From Alphaproteobacteria bacterium (GTDB lineage: Bacteria > Pseudomonadota > Alphaproteobacteria > SP197), in assembly GCA_964291265.2 (NCBI GenBank), contig OZ219747.1:1792001-1856000 (forward strand): 64,000 nucleotides of DNA, in the 5' to 3' direction. Shown in pieces: positions 31,799-40,031 of this stretch. The first letter of the stretch is position 1. Every line of letters starts with the position of its first letter. The notes beneath the pieces are model-generated. The model saw nothing but the letters and a program-made list of their open reading frames with translations. It did not search any database and had not been told where the DNA came from. The position numbers were made by a program, and so were the translations under genes.

Positions 31799-32451
31799 GA
31801 ATCCGGCACCATGTCGGTGATGATCTGCTGCTCGCCTACGGGGCGGGCACCCTGGACGAGGCCATGTCGCTCATGGTCGCCACACACCTGGCGCTGTGCC
31901 CGCTCTGCCGGGCCGGTCTCGACCTGGCCGAGGCCATCGGCAGCGCCCTGATCGACAGTGCGCCGGCCGGGTCCGGGGTGGATGAGACCATGCTGGAAGC
32001 CCTCATGGAGGGTGCGGAACGCGACGACGATGCCGGTACTGCCGACCGCCCGACGCCGGTGGGACCTTGCGTGCTGCCGCAACCGCTGCGCAGCTATGCC
32101 GGCGGCGACGCCCCCGGACTCGGATGGCGCGCAGTGGGCGGCGGCATCCGGCAGTTTCCTCTCAAGACGGACCCCACAGGCGCGACGGCGCGACTCCTGT
32201 CGATTCCCGCCGGCAAAGGTGTTCCCGAACACGGCCATCGCGGGTTCGAGGCGACGCTGGTCCTCGCCGGGTCGTTCTATGACCGGGGCTCATGGTATCG
32301 GCGCGGCGATGTCGCGGTCGCCGACCCTTCGGTGATGCACCGCCCCGTGGCAGGGCCCGAGGAGGACTGCATCTGTCTTGCGGTGGCCGATGCGCGGCTC
32401 AGATTCAGGGCGCCGATCCCGCGTCTGCTGCAACCGTTTCACGGCATCTAG
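31795..32451 (+). CDS. chrR: anti-sigma factor ChrR
   Basis: N-terminal HH...HLALCPLC ZAS motif plus cupin HGHRG.E..LVL.GSF. Confidence 0.93.
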   Translation: MRIRHHVGDDLLLAYGAGTLDEAMSLMVATHLALCPLCRAGLDLAEAIGSALIDSAPAGSGVDETMLEALMEGAERDDDAGTADRPTPVGPCVLPQPLRSYAGGDAPGLGWRAVGGGIRQFPLKTDPTGATARLLSIPAGKGVPEHGHRGFEATLVLAGSFYDRGSWYRRGDVAVADPSVMHRPVAGPEEDCICLAVADARLRFRAPIPRLLQPFHGI

Positions 32452-32479
32452 CTCGAGCCCACGTGCTGTCGACGACGGT

Positions 32480-32953
32480 CGAGATGCGAAGCCGCATCGT
32501 TCGGCCCTCGGGGTTGCCTTTGCCAAGGAGGTGCTCCCCGAGCTTCTGGACGCGATAACGGGCGGGCCGGTTGCGGGGAGCGCGTTCGAGCATCATATTG
32601 TGCGCTATATGACCGAGCACAAAGGCCTGACGCCGGCCATGCTGGAGGCGTCACTGCGCCGGACGAAGCCGGACCACTGGGAGGGTCTGATGGGCACGAT
32701 CGCACAATCCTGGATAGAAGAGGGAAGAGCCGAGGGACTCAAGAGGGGAAGAGCCGAGGGTATCGAACGAGGCCGGAGCGAAGCCCTCGCGGAACTTCTT
32801 CTTCGTCAACTGTCCTTGCGCTTCGGTGATGTGCCGGATGCGGTCCGCGAGCGGGTCCGCGGCGCGTCGTCCGCCGAACTGGTGGCCTGGGCGGATGCGG
32901 TGCTGGTGGCCACGAGCCTTGATGATGTGCTGGCCGCCAGGCCTAGGCACTGA
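32480..32953 (+). pseudogene. truncated Rpn (YhgA-like) gene retaining the C-terminal RpnS/DUF4351 part
   Basis: MGTIAQSWIEEG(RAEG)n...LRQLSLRFG...W...L..L.DVL; PD-(D/E)XK N-terminus missing. Confidence 0.75.
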
Positions 32954-33236
32954 GCCCGTCGCGCCACGCGCACCGGCCTATCATGGTGCCCGGGCGAGAT
33001 GCTTGCCGTTGAGCCCCCTGCGGACGGGCAGGCCGCATGTGCTGCGCGCCCCTGCCCCCCTGTCGCGTCCGTCCCCGGCACACACAGGAGGGGTGAGCGA
33101 AACGGACGGCTGCGCAGGTTCTGATCGCAGGCAACCGGAACCATGCTCCATCGTCATCCGGTTCAGATCGTTTGACCTGCCAAAGTCGGACGACAGACCC
33201 GGATCGCATCCAGACCATGCCGAGGTTCCCTCTGAT

Positions 33237-35174
33237 CTCAGCAGCAGTATCACGACAAGCAATTGATTGTGTTGGCAAAACGGTACGATGATGGCTTGAG
33301 AACATTGCCATGTAACGGTGAATTTTCCCTTGACACGGTGGGCTTACGCCCCCATATACGTTGCCATGTACGTAGACATCGTCCCCAACCGTAACTCACC
33401 CCCCGCCGTCCTCCTGCGAGAGGGATGGCGCGAGAACGGCAAGGTCAAGAAGCGCACCATCGCCAATCTCTCCTCCTGGCCCATGGAAAAGGTCGAGACC
33501 CTGCGGCGGTTCTTGAAGAACGAACCCCTCGTCGGTCGTGACGACGCCTTCGACATCGTCCGCTCCCTCCCCCATGGGCATGTCGCCGCGGTGCTGGGAA
33601 CCCTGAAGAAGCTGGGACTGGACAGGTTGATCGACCCGAAGCCCTCGGCACGGCGCGATCAGGTCCTGGCCATGATCGTGGCACGCATCCTCGAGCCCGC
33701 CTCGAAGCTGGCCACGGCCAGGGGGCTGGCCGAGGCCACGGCGGTCAGCACCCTGGGCGAGGTCCTCGATGCGGAGATGGACGAGGACGCCCTCTACGGC
33801 GCCATGGACTGGCTCCTGGAGCGTCAGGAGAGGATCGAGCGGTCCCTGGCGAAGCGGCGCCTCGAAGAGGGCTGCCTGGTGCTCTATGACCTGACCTCGG
33901 TATGGATGGAGGGGAGAGCGTGTCCCCTGGCAAGGAGGGGTCATTCCCGGGATGGCAAGAAGGGCAAGCTGCAGATCGAGTTCGGCCTTCTGTGCGATCG
34001 GGACGGCTGTCCAGTGTCGGTGGAAGTGTTCCCCGGCAACACGGCGGACCCCGGGACGGTGGCATCACAGATCACCACGCTGCAGGAGCGCTTCTCCCTG
34101 GCGAAGGTGGTGCTGGTGGGAGACCGGGGGATGCTGACCGAGGCGCGCATACGCGAGGAGGTGAAGCCTGCGGGCCTGGACTGGATCAGCGCCTTGAGGG
34201 GACCGGCCATCCGCGCCCTTGTGGAGGCCGGCGACGTCGAGATGTCGCTCTTCGACGAGAGGGACCTGGTGGAGATCACCAGCGATGCGTATCCCGGCGA
34301 ACGCCTCATGGTCTGCCGCAACCCCCTGCTGGCCGAGGACCGGGCCCGCAAGCGCCAGGAGCTGCTCGAGGCCACCGAGGCCCTGCTTGAACCGATCGCC
34401 GCAGCGACACGGCGCGACAAGCGCCGTCTCAAGGGTGCCGACAAGATCGGGGAGAGGGTCGGCAAGGTCATCGGCAAGTACAAGATGGCGAAGCACTTCA
34501 CGTGGTCCATCGACGACGAGGGTGTCTTCACCTATGGGCGCGATGAGGCTGCCATCGCCGCCGAGGCCAGGCTCGACGGCCTCTACGTGATCCGCACCAG
34601 CCTGCCGCAGAGCGAGCTCGACGGTCCCGGCACGGTGCGCGCCTACAAGCGGCTGAGTTCGGTGGAACGGGCCTTCCGCAGCCTGAAGACCGTGGATCTG
34701 AAGGTCCGTCCCGTCTGTCACCGCACCGAACCCCGGGTCCGCGCCCATGTCTTCCTGTGCATGCTCGCCTACTACGTTGAATGGCACATGCGCCAGAAAC
34801 TGAAGCCCATGCTGTTCGACGACGAGGATGCCGAAGGCGCCGAGGCCCGCCGGCCGTCCGTCGTGGCGCCGGCAGAAGTCTCGGCGAGCGCCCGGGCCAA
34901 GGCGGCAACGAAGAGGACGCCCGGGGGTGATCCGGTGCACAGTTTCCGCACCCTCCTCGATGATCTCGCGACCATCACCCGCAACACCGTGGCGCCCCGC
35001 CTTGCGGGCGCCAAACCCTTCCAGGTCACCACGCGGCCCACGCCGCTCCAGAGAAGGGCGCTCAAGCTTCTGGGCGTGGAGCCGTAGTGTACTCAGTCAG
35101 ATGCTTCTGAGATCCATCGAATGTCATTCATATCAGGTACTTGCACTTGATCGGCGCTGCAACTTCGGGCTGAG
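33237..35174 (+). mobile_element. IS1634-family insertion sequence
   Basis: Transposase plus short imperfect ends CTCAGC.../...GCTGAG; no clear TSD. Confidence 0.75.
33366..35087 (+). CDS. IS1634-family DDE transposase (intact)
   Basis: LLREGWRENGKVKKRTIANLS, LYDLTS, GHSRD, VGDRGM, DGLYVIRT, VERAFRSLK, RVRAHVFLCML. Confidence 0.93.
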   Translation: MYVDIVPNRNSPPAVLLREGWRENGKVKKRTIANLSSWPMEKVETLRRFLKNEPLVGRDDAFDIVRSLPHGHVAAVLGTLKKLGLDRLIDPKPSARRDQVLAMIVARILEPASKLATARGLAEATAVSTLGEVLDAEMDEDALYGAMDWLLERQERIERSLAKRRLEEGCLVLYDLTSVWMEGRACPLARRGHSRDGKKGKLQIEFGLLCDRDGCPVSVEVFPGNTADPGTVASQITTLQERFSLAKVVLVGDRGMLTEARIREEVKPAGLDWISALRGPAIRALVEAGDVEMSLFDERDLVEITSDAYPGERLMVCRNPLLAEDRARKRQELLEATEALLEPIAAATRRDKRRLKGADKIGERVGKVIGKYKMAKHFTWSIDDEGVFTYGRDEAAIAAEARLDGLYVIRTSLPQSELDGPGTVRAYKRLSSVERAFRSLKTVDLKVRPVCHRTEPRVRAHVFLCMLAYYVEWHMRQKLKPMLFDDEDAEGAEARRPSVVAPAEVSASARAKAATKRTPGGDPVHSFRTLLDDLATITRNTVAPRLAGAKPFQVTTRPTPLQRRALKLLGVEP

Positions 35175-35284
35175 GTAAACGCAATGTTGCGATGCCTCGG
35201 CAACCGACCCTGCCTGATGCCTCTCCGGGCGTGATCCGCCATCGCCAGGTTCGGCAGGGGACGACGTGCAGCCCCGTGGCATTT

Positions 35285-35390
35285 TCTGCATCAGCTGGAT
35301 GCTGCGCACCAGCGAGGGCGACGTCACCGCCATCGACGCCCTTGAGATCGTCCCCTTCCACGAGAGGCGATGGCTGATCGAAGGTCAGCG
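35285..35390 (+). pseudogene. IS4/Tn5-like transposase fragment
   Basis: SWMLRTSEG...DALEIV.FHERRWLIE resembles the W.L.T...Y..RW.IE motif. Confidence 0.5.
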
Positions 35391-35510
35391 TTCGGTCACG
35401 GTGCAGCGAGGCATCTGGAACCGAGAGAATACGGGCGAGACCCGGGACATGTGCGCGGTTGCCATCGTCATCCTCATCATCGTCACCCTGTGAGCGAACG
35501 CTTGCGATGC

Positions 35511-38500
35511 TCAAGCTTCCCGGCGCCCTTCGACGAACATCACGAGCGCCGGCAGCATGAACAGCGTAAAGGCGCCGGCAGCGACAAGCCCGCCGAGCAT
35601 GCTGACGACGAACGGCACGAGAGCGATGAGTCCATCGCCGCGCTCGTAGAGAAGGGGCGAGAGCCCGAGCACGGTGGTGAGCGTGGTCAGGAACACGGCG
35701 CGGAACCGGTCGCGCGTGGCACCCACCGCAGCGGCAATGGCCGGGATCCCTTCATTGTCCCGGCGAATCACGTTGTAGCGATCGAGCAACACCAGAGCGT
35801 CGTTCACGACAACGCCTCCGACACCAACGATACCGAAGACCGATGTGGCGGTCAGATTCCAGCCGAGAATCCAGTGACCGAAGATGGCCCCGGCGCAGGC
35901 GATCGGAAGGCCGACAATCACCACAACGGGTTTCCAGTAGCTGCGCAGGAAGGCCGCCATCAGGCCGTAGATCACGAGCAGGACGATGGGAACGAGGGTT
36001 CCCATCGTGGCAAGCGTGGTGCGCTCGTCCCGGGCTCCTGCGTCGAGTGAGACCGAGAGCCCGGGATACCGCGCCATCAAGTCGGGAAGGAAACTCTCGG
36101 CGATGAACCGCCGCGCCTGAATGGGCGTGATCCTGCCGATGTCCGCCCGGGCGTTGACGAGCGCCGCCCGGCGACCGTCGATCCGGGTCAGCGAGGCAAG
36201 TTCCCGCTGTTCCGTGATGTGTGCCGCGATGGACAGGGGCATGTTGCCTCCGCCAGGGATCGCAATCCGCTCGCTCGCGAGCTCCCGCAGGCTTTGCCGC
36301 CGTTCGGCCGGATATCGGACAACGACCCTGATTTCATCGCGGCCGCGTTGAATTCTCTGGACTTCAAGGCCAAGAAGATTGGCGCGCAACTGCCTGCCGA
36401 TCATCGCCGGCGTCAGCCCGGCGGCTTCACCGGCTGGGGTCAGCTGGATTTCGAGATGCCGCTTGCCGGTCGCGAGGCTGTCCGAAACCTCGTAGAGACC
36501 CGGGATCCCGGCCATGAAGGCCCTGAGTTCACCGGCTGCCTTGTGCAGGTCTTGCGGATCGTCGTGAAGGAGCGCATAGGCGACCGATGGCTGGGTCTGG
36601 ATTCGTGATGTCTCGACGGACACCGATTCCAGACCTGTGACGTGGCCGACGGCCTCGCGCCACACCCGCGCGATGACCTCCGGCGACGCTTCGCGAAACG
36701 GTCGTTCATGGAGATGCAGCCTGACCGATGCAAGGTGGCTCTTGCTCGCCTCGTGCTCGCTGGTCCGCGACAGACCGCCATCCCCCAGCCTTCCGACCAT
36801 GAGGCTGATCGATGCGATCGATGTTCCTTCGAGCTGATCGTTGATGTGCGAAGCGGCCGCAGCGAAGTGGCGGGCGGCGGCAACACTCGCCTCGAAGGGG
36901 GCTCCGGCCGGCAATCTGAGGTCCGCCTGTATGGAGTCGCTGAATGCGGCGTTCGGGTCGAGAACGACGACGCGCACCATTTCCGAACGTATCAGCGCGA
37001 GGGAAGCGATCACGAAAAGAAGGCCGAGAAGAAGGGTCAGGAAAACATGACGGATGGCCCACGAGGCCGCGGGCACCACGATCGCATCCCGCAAGTCGTT
37101 GATCCAGGCGCGTGCCCGATCCTGAATCTCGCGCAGAGGCGAAAGGCTCCAGCGTCCTTCATGCGAAAGATGCGAAGGAAGGACCCAGAACGCTTCGACG
37201 AGGGAGACGATGAGAACAAGAATGGCGACCCAGGGGATGACTTTCAGAACCTGGTAGTTTCCCGTCGTTACGTACATGAGCGGAAAGAGCGCCACGATGG
37301 TCGTGATCACGCCGACCGTCACCGGGCCGACCACGGCCCTGGCGCCTGCGATCGCCGCCTCGAGCGCGCTCCTTCCCCGTTCCCGTTCCGTCGCAATGCT
37401 CTCACCGACGACCACGGCATCGTCGACCACGATGCCGATCAACAGGAAGAGCGCGAAGACCGTTCCCATGTTGAGTGTCAGGTCCGCGACATTGAAGAAC
37501 ATCAGGGCGCCGACGAAGGAGAGGGGAATCCCGACCGTGATCCAGACTGCGACACGCAGATCGAAGGCGAGAACGAGACAGAAGAACACCAGGATCGCTC
37601 CGACGACGCCGTTGCGCACGATTTCCGAGAGCCTCTCGAAGGTCGGCTCCGCCCTGTCGTTCCAGATGTCCACATCGACACCCGCCGGAGGCCTGTAGTC
37701 CGCGAGCCATTCCTTGACGCTGTCCGAGATCACGGCCAGAGACTGCTCGTCGGTGGCCTCGACACGAACGAGTATCGACGGTCTCCCGTCAACCTCAAGC
37801 AGCAGCTCCTCATCGACAAAGCCGTCGCGAATTGTCGCAAGCTCGCCGAGCCTCAGGGTTGTGCCGTCGCGCCGGGTGATGATGGCGATGTCCTCGAACT
37901 CCTCGCCATGTCTGCGCTTGTCGACCGCATGGAGGACCACACCGCCGGCGCCGGTGCGCAGCTCGCCGAACGTGAGGTTGAGGGAAGACCGCCGCACCTT
38001 GCTTGCGACCTCGGCGAGAGACAGGTCGTTGCGGCGCAACTCCTCTTCATTCAGTTCAATGGCGACCTCCCGGTCGCGGGCGCCTCTCAGCCGGATCTGG
38101 GAGACGGCCGGCAGAGCCAGAAGATCGTCGCGAATGCCCTCCGTCACGTGACGCAATGCGTCCTCGGACAGAGTCGACGACGACACCGAGAGCGTCAGCA
38201 CCTCGGGCGTGAGTTCCTTGAGCTCGACCTCGGGCGGTTCGGCGCTCACGGGCGGAAAGTTCTCGATACCGTCGATTGCGTTTCGGACACTGTCCAGCAC
38301 GGCGGCTATATCGGCGAAGGTGTCGACCTCGACCTCGACCCGGGAGAGACCTTCCGACGCGACGCCCACCACCCGGGCCACACCCGGGAGTCCGACCACG
38401 CTTTCCTCGATGCGGCGATTGATGTCCTCCTCGACCTCCGCGGGAGAGGATCCCGGCGATGACACGGTGACGCTGATCGTGCGCAAGTCGATGTTCGGAA

Positions 38501-38615
38501 AGTACTGGACGGGAAGATCGAAACCCGCGAGGACGCCTCCCAGGATCAGGAACATCATCAGGACCGTGGAGGCGACCGGGTTGCCGGCAAAGTAGGCAAT
38601 GGCTCCGTTTTTCAC
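35511..38615 (-). CDS. AcrB/AcrD/AcrF-family RND permease
   Basis: 1034 aa; GIVVDDAVVVGE (TM4), GVVVNDALV, RFRAVFLTTLTT. Confidence 0.93.
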   Translation of the reverse strand: MKNGAIAYFAGNPVASTVLMMFLILGGVLAGFDLPVQYFPNIDLRTISVTVSSPGSSPAEVEEDINRRIEESVVGLPGVARVVGVASEGLSRVEVEVDTFADIAAVLDSVRNAIDGIENFPPVSAEPPEVELKELTPEVLTLSVSSSTLSEDALRHVTEGIRDDLLALPAVSQIRLRGARDREVAIELNEEELRRNDLSLAEVASKVRRSSLNLTFGELRTGAGGVVLHAVDKRRHGEEFEDIAIITRRDGTTLRLGELATIRDGFVDEELLLEVDGRPSILVRVEATDEQSLAVISDSVKEWLADYRPPAGVDVDIWNDRAEPTFERLSEIVRNGVVGAILVFFCLVLAFDLRVAVWITVGIPLSFVGALMFFNVADLTLNMGTVFALFLLIGIVVDDAVVVGESIATERERGRSALEAAIAGARAVVGPVTVGVITTIVALFPLMYVTTGNYQVLKVIPWVAILVLIVSLVEAFWVLPSHLSHEGRWSLSPLREIQDRARAWINDLRDAIVVPAASWAIRHVFLTLLLGLLFVIASLALIRSEMVRVVVLDPNAAFSDSIQADLRLPAGAPFEASVAAARHFAAAASHINDQLEGTSIASISLMVGRLGDGGLSRTSEHEASKSHLASVRLHLHERPFREASPEVIARVWREAVGHVTGLESVSVETSRIQTQPSVAYALLHDDPQDLHKAAGELRAFMAGIPGLYEVSDSLATGKRHLEIQLTPAGEAAGLTPAMIGRQLRANLLGLEVQRIQRGRDEIRVVVRYPAERRQSLRELASERIAIPGGGNMPLSIAAHITEQRELASLTRIDGRRAALVNARADIGRITPIQARRFIAESFLPDLMARYPGLSVSLDAGARDERTTLATMGTLVPIVLLVIYGLMAAFLRSYWKPVVVIVGLPIACAGAIFGHWILGWNLTATSVFGIVGVGGVVVNDALVLLDRYNVIRRDNEGIPAIAAAVGATRDRFRAVFLTTLTTVLGLSPLLYERGDGLIALVPFVVSMLGGLVAAGAFTLFMLPALVMFVEGRREA

Positions 38616-38659
38616 GACTGCTCCCCGCTATGGCGCATACCCTTCATCCCGGGTGGGTC

Positions 38660-39832
38660 CTAATCCGCAGCCGGTGCGGCTGAGACCTCGAGACCCTCTC
38701 GCGCATCCGGCAGGGGACCGACCACCACGCCTTCGCCCGCGTCGAACGCCTCGACGATCCAGCCGTCCGAGGTGCGCCCCACCGTGTCGGGAACCGTCGC
38801 TCGCAGAACGCCATCCCTGACGGTCCAGACCGCGCCGTGTTCCCGGGCGGCCGACTCAGGTAGCACATAGACATCGCCAAGCACGGGCCCCGTGATGGCA
38901 ACCTCGGCGAAGGCGCCCGGCAGCGGAAGGGAATCCTGCTGCGAGACCTCAGAGAACTCGAGAAACAGAGAAGCAAGACGAGTCCGGGGCGCCACCACCG
39001 ACGATACACGCACCACGGTGGCCCGGTGTGTGCCTGCGTCCGTGCGGATCGACGCGGATCGGCCAATCACGGGAGCGAGATCGTCCAGGACAGCCTGCTC
39101 GACCGGTGCGCGAACCTGCAGTGCGGAGGGCTGATAGACGACACCCAGAAGCGCGGCCGGCCCGACTGTTTCCTCGGGGCCTGCCAGGGCGCCGACATCG
39201 AGTTCCGACGACACCACCCGGCTCGCATAGGGTAGAGAGATGTTCGTGCGCGACAACCGGAGCTCCGCCAGCGCCAGAGCCGCCCGCGCCCCGCCGAGCA
39301 TGGCCTCCGCCGCGGCGACCGAAGGCGGATTCCGGACATGATCGGGGACATCCATCTCCGGGCCCTCCCGCTCGACAGACCTCGCGGCTTCCTCCGCCCG
39401 GGCCATCTCGGACCTCAGCCGGGCCTCGGCTTCCGAGACTGCCATGGCGGCGGCCTCGACTTCTATCATGAATTCGGCCGGATCGATTCTGACGAAGGTC
39501 TCATTGGCCGGAATCGATCCCCCGTCAATGAAGTCGGGGGACACCCACACCACCCGGCCGACGACATCGGACACCACTCCCACCTTTCTTCCCAGGGTCA
39601 CCGAACCTGTCAGATCGAACGTGAGGGCATGCTCGGTCGATACCGGCTGGATGACGTTCACGACGGGTGTGGCCCGCTCCGGCCCCGAGATGGTTTCGCG
39701 CGGGGCCCGATCGGGCGACCTGGCGAAATAGAGGGCCATCGCGACTACGGCAAGGATCACGGCCAGTTGAACGAGGCCAAGCCAGCGTGGCTTCCGGGAA
39801 CGGGCGGTGGATTTCGTGGAGTCCTGTGACAT
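38660..39832 (-). CDS. RND periplasmic adaptor (MFP)
   Basis: N-terminal TM, V.G.V lipoyl half, alpha-hairpin, LSRTNI..P, RVSSVVAPRTR. Confidence 0.88.
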   Translation of the reverse strand: MSQDSTKSTARSRKPRWLGLVQLAVILAVVAMALYFARSPDRAPRETISGPERATPVVNVIQPVSTEHALTFDLTGSVTLGRKVGVVSDVVGRVVWVSPDFIDGGSIPANETFVRIDPAEFMIEVEAAAMAVSEAEARLRSEMARAEEAARSVEREGPEMDVPDHVRNPPSVAAAEAMLGGARAALALAELRLSRTNISLPYASRVVSSELDVGALAGPEETVGPAALLGVVYQPSALQVRAPVEQAVLDDLAPVIGRSASIRTDAGTHRATVVRVSSVVAPRTRLASLFLEFSEVSQQDSLPLPGAFAEVAITGPVLGDVYVLPESAAREHGAVWTVRDGVLRATVPDTVGRTSDGWIVEAFDAGEGVVVGPLPDAREGLEVSAAPAAD

Positions 39833-40031
39833 CGCTCTTTCCGGTCTCAAGTTCAGCTGGTGCGCCACCGATTTGGCGAGGATACGGGCAGGCTTGCGCT
39901 ACGCGCCGACGACAACGCTTCATCGATCTGTGAATCCGGACGCTTCCGGGAGCTGTTCATCCCTGCCGCAGTACTCCGGCGAGCAACGGCGAACCGGTCG
40001 CAGACGGCTGACCCGGGAGCGCGGCGCTGCA

